Positions 29,837 to 39,000 of a stretch of DNA of 62,882 nucleotides are shown here, piece after piece. How positions within the stretch are numbered: position 1 is the stretch's first letter; each line of letters begins with the position of its first letter. The notes beneath the pieces are model-generated. The model ran no database searches and was not told where the DNA came from. It saw only the letters and a list, made by a program, of their open reading frames with translations. This DNA is from an uncultured virus (IMG/VR IMGVR_UViG_3300032038_000019). Taxonomy: Duplodnaviria; Heunggongvirae; Uroviricota; Caudoviricetes. The stretch lies in IMG/VR virus record IMGVR_UViG_3300032038_000019. The stretch is one strand, 5' to 3'. Both the position numbers and the translations under genes were made by a program.

Positions 29837-31038
29837 TAATCTTCATCAACTTCTTTTTCATCAAAAGTAATATCTTTTGAATCAACTACAACATCTTGAC
29901 CAGTTTCTGACTTTTCAAGTTCAGCCATAATCTTAGGCACATAATTCTTTTTATAAGAGTCCTGTTGGTCTTCACTAATCAACCCATTATGAACGCAAAT
30001 CATTGTTCCTTCATAAGTTAGATTATAAGGTGTGCTCAACTGATTCTTAATTACCTTAATCTTAGTCAATGTACCCCAATTGTAATTACGTCCCTTACTT
30101 GTAGCCGTAAGATGTTTAATTGAAGCTTTAACAACACCACCTAATTGTATAATCAATCCGTGCGCAGCAAAATACATAGACTTACCACCCTTCAATTCGA
30201 TTGAAGGCGCTGCCATAGGTGCTGACATAGAGTCCAACCAAATCTTATTTACGCAGAACATTGTGTTTGTATAAGGTGAACTAACTTTCTTAGAAAGTGG
30301 TATACGATTATTTGTAATCATATTAAATGCAGTTTGCATAGCACCTGCATCGAACATATTATTTCCAACCTTACTTGCAAATGACTTGTAAGACATTACC
30401 GAACCAATTGAGTCCCATAAGAAACAAATATCTTGCTGAATTTCACCTGCATCTTGCATATCAAGAATTTTATTAATCGCATATGCAATATCTTCAAGAA
30501 CTGGTACTGTTCGTTTTACCTTTGTTTCTTTACCTGTCGAATAATCATTACGGCCATAAAGTTCACAAAGTATAGCACCGTCAAAATACATAAAATCACC
30601 ATCGTAGTTTACAATTTGCGTTTCAGTATGTGTACCTGTTACTTCTCCTGTTTCTTCATCAACGTCTTCAACCTCTACATCGCCATATACAGGTGTTGCT
30701 TCCATACCGCAATCAATAGCATATTTAAAATCAAAATGTGATTCAGTATCAAATATAACAGGCAAAATACCTGACTTTTGACAAGATGCAATAACACAGT
30801 TAATTAATGTACTTTTACCTGTATTACTCCACCCATATACGATTGACAATTCACCTTTAGGAATTCCTGGTAATTTAGTTGCATTAACGAATGCTTCAGG
30901 TAGTGTAATAAATTCAATAGGTTTATTTGCACTTGAAACTGTTAAGTCATCATTCTTAATATTAAGACCCATCTTTTCCTTAATTGATGCAATTGATGGA
31001 CGTGCAAAATTCTTCTTTTTTATAGCTTGTTTAACCAC
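29836..31038 (-). CDS. recA: RecA/UvsX-like recombinase
   Basis: GIPKGELSIVYGWSNTGKST (Walker A), IFDTE, FLWDSIG (Walker B), KGGKSMYF, IKVIKNQ; GTG start overlapping the tdk TAG. Confidence 0.85.
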   Translation of the reverse strand: MVKQAIKKKNFARPSIASIKEKMGLNIKNDDLTVSSANKPIEFITLPEAFVNATKLPGIPKGELSIVYGWSNTGKSTLINCVIASCQKSGILPVIFDTESHFDFKYAIDCGMEATPVYGDVEVEDVDEETGEVTGTHTETQIVNYDGDFMYFDGAILCELYGRNDYSTGKETKVKRTVPVLEDIAYAINKILDMQDAGEIQQDICFLWDSIGSVMSYKSFASKVGNNMFDAGAMQTAFNMITNNRIPLSKKVSSPYTNTMFCVNKIWLDSMSAPMAAPSIELKGGKSMYFAAHGLIIQLGGVVKASIKHLTATSKGRNYNWGTLTKIKVIKNQLSTPYNLTYEGTMICVHNGLISEDQQDSYKKNYVPKIMAELEKSETGQDVVVDSKDITFDEKEVDED

Positions 31039-31649
31039 TATTTCATAACTTTTTTACTTTCTCTTATTTTTTCTTTCCAACATTTTCTACACAATGGCTG
31101 ATAAATATCGTTACCACCTACAAGAATTTGCGAACCTTCCGTAACAACATTATTATTATTATCAAATCTTGCATTAATAATAGATTTCTTACCACATTCG
31201 CAAGATGATTTAATTTCTTCAATATTGTCAGCTATTTCAAAAAGTCTTTTAGATGCTGGAAATAAATGTGACTTAAAATCAGTCCTCAATCCGTAACACA
31301 TCACGGTAATGTTCATGTAATCCACAATATCAGACAATTGGTCAATTTGTTCTTCTGTAAGAAATTGACATTCATCAACTAATATCCATTTTAACGTTTC
31401 ACCACCTTGTACTGCTAAAACATTATTATATTGATGAATTGCTTCATAAATATTGACATCTGGTGTCACAATTGTGCATTTTCTTTCAAGTCCTGCCCTT
31501 GACCTTATAACACCTTCATCCCTTGTATCTAGGGATGATTTGAGTGCTATAAAAGGTATGTTTTTTTCTTCAAAATTATATGCAGTTGCTAATAAATCCA
31601 AGCTCTTTCTCGAATTCATAGCACCGAACATAAATGTTAGTTTAGCCAT
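31038..31649 (-). CDS. tdk: Thymidine kinase
   Basis: GAMNSRKS P-loop, IRSRAG, ILVDECQFLT, CYGLRTDF, CECG...YQPLCRKC zinc site. Confidence 0.95.
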   Translation of the reverse strand: MAKLTFMFGAMNSRKSLDLLATAYNFEEKNIPFIALKSSLDTRDEGVIRSRAGLERKCTIVTPDVNIYEAIHQYNNVLAVQGGETLKWILVDECQFLTEEQIDQLSDIVDYMNITVMCYGLRTDFKSHLFPASKRLFEIADNIEEIKSSCECGKKSIINARFDNNNNVVTEGSQILVGGNDIYQPLCRKCWKEKIRESKKVMK

Positions 31650-31675
31650 TAACCGTCTAATGCTTAATCATTATT

Positions 31676-32674
31676 TTAGAAAGGCAAATCTTCTTCGTCT
31701 ACAAACATTTTAGAATCTGTACCTACAGTTTTAACAGGCTCTTCTGCTGTTTCGATTTTATCTTCGACAAATTGCGTAAAATCTTTCTTTTGTTCAGTAT
31801 AGTTTTCCGTAATTTCTTGCTGTTTTTCGATTTCCTTACGTTTGTCAAGTTCTTCCTTGTCAACATATTTTTGTGTTTGTTTATCGAAAACAGGATACCC
31901 TCCTTGAACTACAATAGCCATATAATCATATGGTTTAACTGTATAAACTTCATCCCATTTCTTAGGGTCTTCAATCCATGAAAGTGCTTGGTCGTAGTCA
32001 GTTGAAAGTGGTGATGGTCTACTAGCATCAGTAATTTGTATTACCGTTTTATTATTAGGGTCTTTAGATAAAGTAATGTTTAAATCCTTTCCGTCATTCA
32101 AATCAAAAATGTTGTACTGTTCACCAACTTCTTTTGCTTCTTCCCATCTTTCATTAAATAGATTGATGATTTTATCATATACACCATCTTTCTTTCGTGA
32201 AGCATTAAAAAGCCAGAATTTAACACCATCTTCTTCATGGTCACGTTCAATACATCTAACAATCCAAGCGTCTTTAGCACGATTCATAAATTCAATATCA
32301 CCGTACTTTTTCTTTTCAACTTCATTTACTGTTTTAAGGCGCAATTGTTTAGCCTGTTCAGATGTTTCGCAGAAAGGGCATTTATCACCTTTATGTGAAT
32401 GAACAGGGCATACAAAGGTTCTCCACCCTTGTCCACCTTCTTTAATTGCTTTAACTGTGTGAATTGATACTTTCTGGAAAGGACTTCCCCCTTCTTTTGA
32501 AAATGGTAATAGCCTAATCCTCAATTTCTTTGTTGTTTCACCTTTTCCAAGACGTGCGTTCAAATAATTTTTTGGATTAAATTCAGTTTTCTTTTTAGCA
32601 GGTACATATGTTTCCCGCTCGTTCTGGCTGATAACAGCTGCTGCGTCAATATTAACGCCAAAATTGTTACTCAT
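31676..32674 (-). CDS. Single-stranded DNA-binding protein (T4 gp32-like)
   Basis: IRLLP...H...FVCP...CPFCE zinc site, GVKFWLF, IFDLNDGKDL, acidic C-terminal DEEDLPF. Confidence 0.85.
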   Translation of the reverse strand: MSNNFGVNIDAAAVISQNERETYVPAKKKTEFNPKNYLNARLGKGETTKKLRIRLLPFSKEGGSPFQKVSIHTVKAIKEGGQGWRTFVCPVHSHKGDKCPFCETSEQAKQLRLKTVNEVEKKKYGDIEFMNRAKDAWIVRCIERDHEEDGVKFWLFNASRKKDGVYDKIINLFNERWEEAKEVGEQYNIFDLNDGKDLNITLSKDPNNKTVIQITDASRPSPLSTDYDQALSWIEDPKKWDEVYTVKPYDYMAIVVQGGYPVFDKQTQKYVDKEELDKRKEIEKQQEITENYTEQKKDFTQFVEDKIETAEEPVKTVGTDSKMFVDEEDLPF

Positions 32675-32730
32675 AATGTTTAAATGTTTATATTAATATG
32701 CACATCAATATGTGCTTAAATTTTACAATA

Positions 32731-32761
32731 CAAATATATATTAAATTTTGTTAAAAACAAA
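32731..32761 (-). promoter_or_regulatory. Bacteroidota sigma-A-type promoter for the SSB-tdk-recA operon
   Basis: TTTG-N19-TATATTTG on the minus strand. Confidence 0.75.
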
Positions 32762-32763
32762 AA

Positions 32764-32813
32764 AATTCCTTATTAATTATAAATATTTTAATTATCATAA
32801 TTAATAAGGAATT
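32764..32813. terminator. Long AT-rich hairpin
   Basis: aattccttattaattat...ataattaataaggaatt, 17-bp perfect stem. Confidence 0.5.
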
Positions 32814-32828
32814 GTATTCATTATTTTA

Positions 32829-33315
32829 AGTAATTTTTTACCGCATCTTCACTATAGTTTATAAAACAATATAATTGATGGGTGTTTAAAAGCCTAATTG
32901 ACCGTTTTGAGTTCTTTTGTAGTATTCATTGTATATAGCATCAACAATGTCAGGGTCATCGTATTTCATTCTATTATTCCAATACCTCATAAAACGTTTA
33001 TCATCAATATTGGATAACATTTCGATGGTGTCGTTTTTCAATCTATCTTGAGTTTCTGCATCATCAAATGTTGACTTTAAAGGGTTAGTGCTAACACCTC
33101 CATATGGTGTGTCAAATGTAGCTTCTTTTATTACTCTTTTTACCGATTTCTCCACAATCCTGTGAAGGTCTGATTCTGTTAGTCTTATAAGTCTTTTATT
33201 CATATATATATATTAATTTGTTATTTATTATTAAATATTTCAATATAAGCAAAAAAATGTAACTGTTTCTACCTATATTTCTCACTTATTTGAGTCTAAT
33301 TTCTATATAGTTACT
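32829..33315. mobile_element. Possible degenerate IS-derived cassette carrying an LTESDL gene
   Basis: Right end (reverse complement AGTAACTATATAGAAATTAGACTCAAATAAGTGA) resembles the end at 58815 (GGCAACTATATACAATTAGACCATATTAACTGA); left end AGTAATTTTTTAC; flanks ttatttta / ttttttta (7/8). Confidence 0.3.
32886..33203 (-). CDS. LTESDL-leader family protein
   Basis: MNKRLIRLTESDLHRIVEKSVKRVIKE leader, unique 78-aa remainder. Confidence 0.8.
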   Translation of the reverse strand: MNKRLIRLTESDLHRIVEKSVKRVIKEATFDTPYGGVSTNPLKSTFDDAETQDRLKNDTIEMLSNIDDKRFMRYWNNRMKYDDPDIVDAIYNEYYKRTQNGQLGF

Positions 33316-33343
33316 TTTTTTTAATACTTACGCAACAATAAGC

Positions 33344-33724
33344 TTACTTAATTTCTTCATATCCATGAGTATTATTGTATTCTTCAATGGTAGCAAATAG
33401 TTCTTGAACTTGTTCTATAGCAGCTTTATTCTCTTCCATAGAATTACATTGAAATTCAACTTTAAAAATATTGGCTGAATTAGAATCATTGTCATAATCT
33501 ATATATGCTTTCCCATCTGCATATTCACCAATACAAATAACTAAAAAGCCATCCTCATTCTCACAATCTATACCTTTTTGACGAGCATACGATGTTATAA
33601 ATTCTTCAAATTCATCTTGCCCTGCAAATTCATCAAAAGAATAATCGTCATCATATGTTACATATTCATCATTTTCTATTAAACGTTTGTATTTCTCTTC
33701 AGATAGTTTAACAACCTTACCCAT
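33344..33724 (-). CDS. Acidic hypothetical protein with a divergent leader (KVVKLSEEKYKRLIE)
   Basis: 126 aa, D/E-rich; N-terminus loosely resembles the LTESDL leader. Confidence 0.7.
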   Translation of the reverse strand: MGKVVKLSEEKYKRLIENDEYVTYDDDYSFDEFAGQDEFEEFITSYARQKGIDCENEDGFLVICIGEYADGKAYIDYDNDSNSANIFKVEFQCNSMEENKAAIEQVQELFATIEEYNNTHGYEEIK

Positions 33725-33726
33725 AA

Positions 33727-34560
33727 CTACATGTTAAATATTTTATTAAAATCCTGAATATCGTCATCTGGTATGCTAAATGTTTTAGCTATATCATCAC
33801 CAACATAGTCAACATCATCATTTGTTATTATATGCTCTTGAGTTGTTGGCTTGTTATTATCAGAATAAGCATCATAATTACTATTAGCGTTCTTTTCTGC
33901 CCAAAAATCAGTTGGTCTTATGTTAAACGGATATGAATCTAAAGAACGAAGATTCAATTTTTCAGTTTGTGTTGGATTACGTTTTTGGAACTCATTTTTC
34001 AAATCTTCTATTTGTGCGTTATTTTTATCAATAGTACTTTTCATACTTTCAAGAGCGTCTAATAGCTTTTCAATACGCTTATCAACAGTTCCTAAGTCAC
34101 GACCGACACTATTAACTTTATCATTAGTTTTCTCTTGGGCTTTTGTGAGGTCATCAACATCAATTACATCTTCATCATCACCTTCGCCACTGCCCATATC
34201 CATTGGTGAAGGCTCAGGCATACTATCCATAGGGCCAGAACCCATATCCATTGAAGAAGGGTCAGGCTCTCCACCCATAGGGTCAGTGCCATTATCAGGA
34301 CCACCACCCATAGGGGTAGCATTACCATCAGGAGTGCTACTCATAGGGTCTTGTCCTCCCATAGTATCATCTCCACCCATAGGGTCAGTGCCATTACCAG
34401 GACCGCCACCCATAGGGGCAGCACCACCATTGGCATCTTCATCATAACCATCTTCTTCGATTGGCTTATAGATACCATAGCCTTCCACCATTCTCATAAA
34501 TTGCTTATGGGCATCATATAAATTGTTTTCTTTTAAAAACTTTACATTAGTTTTAGCCAT
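33727..34560 (-). CDS. Putative prohead core/scaffold-like protein
   Basis: G/P/M/D-rich low-complexity repeats followed by a predicted coiled coil (VDKRIEKLLDALESMKSTIDKNNAQIEDLKNEF); I/L-x-E sites near the N-terminus; function inferred. Confidence 0.45.
   Translation of the reverse strand: MAKTNVKFLKENNLYDAHKQFMRMVEGYGIYKPIEEDGYDEDANGGAAPMGGGPGNGTDPMGGDDTMGGQDPMSSTPDGNATPMGGGPDNGTDPMGGEPDPSSMDMGSGPMDSMPEPSPMDMGSGEGDDEDVIDVDDLTKAQEKTNDKVNSVGRDLGTVDKRIEKLLDALESMKSTIDKNNAQIEDLKNEFQKRNPTQTEKLNLRSLDSYPFNIRPTDFWAEKNANSNYDAYSDNNKPTTQEHIITNDDVDYVGDDIAKTFSIPDDDIQDFNKIFNM
34268..34423. repeat. Two ~53-bp intragenic direct repeats (PMGGGPxNGTDPMGG)
   Basis: ctccacccatagggtcagtgccatta[t/c]caggacc[a/g]ccacccatagggg[t/c]agca at ~34269 and 34371. 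Confidence 0.85.
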
Positions 34561-34565
34561 ATCTA

Positions 34566-34919
34566 TTAGTCAATCAATAATTCTTTATTATCTTCAGTTA
34601 AAATTGTTTTTGAACTTTCAGTTCTTTCAATAAGACCTTTATCTGATTTTAAAACTTTAAAATTATTTTCTTTGTTTCCGAGAATGCTTTGCGCCATTGC
34701 TATTTTTTCTGATGTATTCATATTTGACTTATTTTCGCTTACATTATTTTTCTTTTTCTTTGCATTTTTTCTTTCGTCAGCTACAGTCTTTTTATTATCA
34801 TTAATAGTAATGGCTGCGCCTAACACTTCTTCTTCAACAGCTTCTACTGTATTTTTACCCTCTTCTATTTCAATTTTTTGAGGTGTTTTATCTTGTGAAT
34901 GTTTAGTAATAAATGCCAT
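34566..34919 (-). CDS. Hypothetical protein
   Basis: 117 aa; TATTTAT motif ~17 bp upstream. Confidence 0.7.
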   Translation of the reverse strand: MAFITKHSQDKTPQKIEIEEGKNTVEAVEEEVLGAAITINDNKKTVADERKNAKKKKNNVSENKSNMNTSEKIAMAQSILGNKENNFKVLKSDKGLIERTESSKTILTEDNKELLID

Positions 34920-34945
34920 TGTATTTTAATTTATATATAAATATC

Positions 34946-35353
34946 TTAATCAATAAAAAAAGAAGTTTTATCTTCTATTTTACTTAAATTCTTGATGTTT
35001 AGAACATTATTGCTTAAAATTATAAGATTGTTTTTATATTTGTTCCAATCAATTATAATATTTTTATTGTCTATATCTTTGTTTGAAGAATTACTTTCTA
35101 TTAATTTATTTAAAGCATTAATAGAAAATAAACAGCCATTTTTTACGTGTAATAAAATTGAATTATTTATTTTTTTTAAATATTCTCTATTAAACGTTGG
35201 AAACGTTGCTAAATATTCTATTTCGTTTCCTATTATCTCATGTATATAAATTTTTTTGTATTTAATATTAAATTCGTTTTTTAAAAATTCCATAAATGAT
35301 AGGATTTTATCTTTTTTTACAAAAACGCCTATCAAAATGTTTTTTTCTCGCAT
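34946..35353 (-). CDS. Hypothetical protein
   Basis: 135-aa ORF, 4 bp downstream of 35358..35954. Confidence 0.7.
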   Translation of the reverse strand: MREKNILIGVFVKKDKILSFMEFLKNEFNIKYKKIYIHEIIGNEIEYLATFPTFNREYLKKINNSILLHVKNGCLFSINALNKLIESNSSNKDIDNKNIIIDWNKYKNNLIILSNNVLNIKNLSKIEDKTSFFID

Positions 35354-35357
35354 ATTT

Positions 35358-35954
35358 TTATTCTATTGACATGAAATACGGTACTACGTATTCCTTATTC
35401 ACGATTTCCCTTTTTATCATTTTTACAAATTGGTTATCTTCTTCGTAAATTTTATTTGATTTATTAGATTTTATTTTGTCAATAATTTTATTTGGTTTAA
35501 TACCACAATACTGTATCACCCTTAATGAAAACCCAATAATAATATCTTTATGAAGTAAATAAATCATATCGTTACATATATAAATATATTTCTTTTCATT
35601 AGAAAAAATAATATTATATATTTTTTTTATACTAGAATATTTTAATTTAATAATATTAATATAATAATAATTAATATTATTTAATATATTTAAAATACAA
35701 ATTTTATAGAATATTTTAATATCATTTTCAAAATCATCTCTACGCTCTGTTTTTTTAAACGTCCAAGAAATATTATCTCCGATTTTTTTCTTTAATATGT
35801 TAAAATTTTTACCACAATATTCTTTAGCTTTTTTAATACCAACTATTAAAACAGGTTTTGTCGAATCTACCGATGAAATATCATCAGTAAACCCGACAAA
35901 ATCTTTAATATTGCTTAACTTTCTATCAGAAATGATATACCCTAATTTTTCCAT
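35358..35954 (-). CDS. Hypothetical protein
   Basis: 198-aa ORF preceded by a sigma-A-type promoter. Confidence 0.7.
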   Translation of the reverse strand: MEKLGYIISDRKLSNIKDFVGFTDDISSVDSTKPVLIVGIKKAKEYCGKNFNILKKKIGDNISWTFKKTERRDDFENDIKIFYKICILNILNNINYYYINIIKLKYSSIKKIYNIIFSNEKKYIYICNDMIYLLHKDIIIGFSLRVIQYCGIKPNKIIDKIKSNKSNKIYEEDNQFVKMIKREIVNKEYVVPYFMSIE

Positions 35955-35983
35955 TTTTATTCATAATAAATGTTCGTTCATAA

Positions 35984-36014
35984 CAAATATACAAAAAAAA
36001 TGTTAAAAATCAAA
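35984..36014 (-). promoter_or_regulatory. Bacteroidota sigma-A-type promoter
   Basis: TTTG-N19-TATATTTG on the minus strand. Confidence 0.75.
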
Positions 36015-36022
36015 ATTATAAA

Positions 36023-39000
36023 TTACATTCCGCTTCCAGAATAACGATAAATCCACCAATTTTTTGTTTTTGAACCATAAGGACTAAATGCAGAACCTTG
36101 ATGATAGTCAGAAACCCATTCAGTGCCTGTGTATATGCAAAAATGGAAGCCATGCTTTGCATTAGAAGGACTTCTACCATTAAATGTGTTACTTACACAA
36201 GTATCACCTTCTTGTAATTTAGGTAATACGTCCGACATACTATGACCTTGTCCTACTATCACCCATCCTTTTTGCTTCAAAATTCCATCATAATGTAAAT
36301 TATCTGCGTGGCCGTTACCACCAGCCTTCATTTTTGGTACACCACCTTCGCTAATAGCGACTTCTACTGCATAAGCACACTGTCCGCTATGATAACCGTT
36401 AGAATTGTTTCTTGCATGTGTATTAGCGTAAACACAAGATTTACCAACATCCCAATTACCAATTCTTTTATTGGCATCAAGAGCACCACCAGTACCACCA
36501 CCTGTTAACAAGTCTGAGCAAGCAGTTGGCTTTAATTTTTCCCAATCTTCAACAGGTATCTTTGATTTCACAACACGGCCATAGACGCATTTATCAGGAT
36601 TTTTTGGGTTATACCTATTATTTTTGGAATAAAATTTAACTATAGAACGTCTATATTTTTCATTAGTATTTTTATTAACACCATTAAAATGAGCATTACT
36701 TCCATTAATTTTCATACCAACTTTTATAGAATTTCCATTAGGCTTTTTAGCAAGAACAAGGTCAATTCTCATTGGTCCACCATTATCATGCTCATTTGCT
36801 GCTACCCACCATAATTCTTGAATGTTAGAATAATAAGTGCTTAGTATGATATCGAACACTACAGCTAATTTGTCCCTACCGCCTGTACCATTTTGTAAAA
36901 TAATACTACCTGAATTTGGCGTTTCTTTTTTAGTCTGAATGTTTAGTCCGCAAGATGGCGTATTTATTGCAGTCTGCTGAACAGAATATATATAATCATC
37001 CCATATACCTTTATTTTTACCGTTTTTATCAGTAGTTTTATCATTAACAGCTTTAGGAGTAGTGCTCAGTGCATTTACCAATTCAACAGGTGGGTTATAA
37101 TATTTGTCAACAATAAATTGAGCACCTTTTAAATCAGATACATTAAAGCCAGATATCGTTGTGTGCGTTATCTTCTTTTGTCCTGACGCAATTGTACCCC
37201 ATACAGCGCATAATTTAGCCCATCCGCTTCCATATCTTTCTGCATTTTTCCATTTATTAAATGGCATAGTAAACCACGCATTAGCTACTTGTTCAGATGT
37301 GGTGCAATTTGCAACAAATTTTTTCGCAGCACCCCAATGAACTGCATGGAACATGGAATCTATTGCACCTTGTGACAATTTTTTACCTTTTATAAGTCCA
37401 CTAACAACTTTGTCTTCATTTTTCAATGCATCAACATAATGTGATAAAATATCTTTACCTGTTTTTTTCTGCCCTTCTCTAAGTCCTGGCCAAACATTAG
37501 ATGTTAAGCCTGGTCCAATAGTAGGTTTATTTTCACCCTTAAGTATTTTAGCAGTACCACCATTTTTAATCCAACCTACACCTCCAGCTTCGTTGTGAAC
37601 CATAGCCGAAACGCCATTTACTGAAATATGCATACCATTTATTGATGCAGTACCACCAAGTGGGAAAAATTCATAATCACAATCATTTGATACATCTGCC
37701 AATTGATGCTCCTTATCTTCTTCACTTGTTGCACCGTCTTGCGTTGGGTTTGATAACCAATACCACCCTTTTTTAATTTTAGTTGTAGTGTTAGCCATTC
37801 TAACACCAACAACATGTGTTTTCATCTGTCCTGCTTCAATATGGTGTGTAACTTTTTCCACTAAATATGTTCCCCTAAACATAGGGACATTAAGTAATTC
37901 AAAATACATCAATGGCTGAACCCACGCATCACCCATCATATCAAGTTCACAAGTATAAGAGTTATTTGAATAGATTGTAAACAAATCTTGACCCATTGTC
38001 ACCATTGAACGGGTTGCTGTTCCTTCAGTATTTTTTGCTGATTCATTGTTTTGTGAAGCTATTTGAAACTGTGCTTTAATAGATTGCTCAGTAACCATAG
38101 GGCTATCCATAGAAACAGAAACATTTTGGAAATAACTTTGATACTGCTTTCCATAAGACACGCCAAATGCAGGTATATAATATCCACAATCTTCACCTGA
38201 ATTTAAAGGCATTGGCCACTTATCAGCTTCAGCTCCTGTGCCTGTTTTCTTTGCCTTTATACTAAATGAATCGTCAGGATAATCATAATCACCACCGCTA
38301 CCTTGAATGTCCAAATGTGAAGATTTTTCATAGGCATACATTACTATAAAATTAGGCGTAACGTCAGGCATATCCATATCAAGCATAGAAACTGGTTTGA
38401 ACATTTTTCGCATATTGTCTTCATTGGATAAATCCATAAAGTTTTGGACGCACAAAAAATTACACTTATTTGCTGAATACATACTACTTAAAAAAGAAAG
38501 TAATGTATAACCATTTTCAGCTTGATTTTGACAGTTTATTAATTCATTTACAACATCACCAATATTAACTAATATTAAATTACCGATTCTATTATAATAG
38601 GCATCTATGAAATAAAAATATCTATCATCTTGGTTTGTACTTTCAGGGTTTTCACCAAAAAATTTCTTCATTGTAAATTCATTTTCGAAATTGGAGCCAG
38701 AAACCCATTTATCATACAAAAGTTTTAAATAACGATATAATGCTAATTTAATATCAGGGTCTGTATCGCAATCTTTGGCTTGTGATACAACAGCAGCATC
38801 AGTGCCTTCTTTAGTTGTGCCATAATTTTCTTTTAATGCAGAAATAAAACCATTTAAGAAAGCTTTAGCTTCGCCATTTTCGCCTATTTTCACTAATTCA
38901 CCTACAGTGTCATAATAATGGGATGTTTTAACAAATGTATATGGTTTTAACACTAAACGTGAAATCATTAAAGCACAATGTGAATTAGGGTTTAATGATA

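Noticed and set aside
33920..34447. 175-aa plus-strand Pro/Ser-rich ORF
   Set aside because: Antisense shadow of the PMGG-repeat gene
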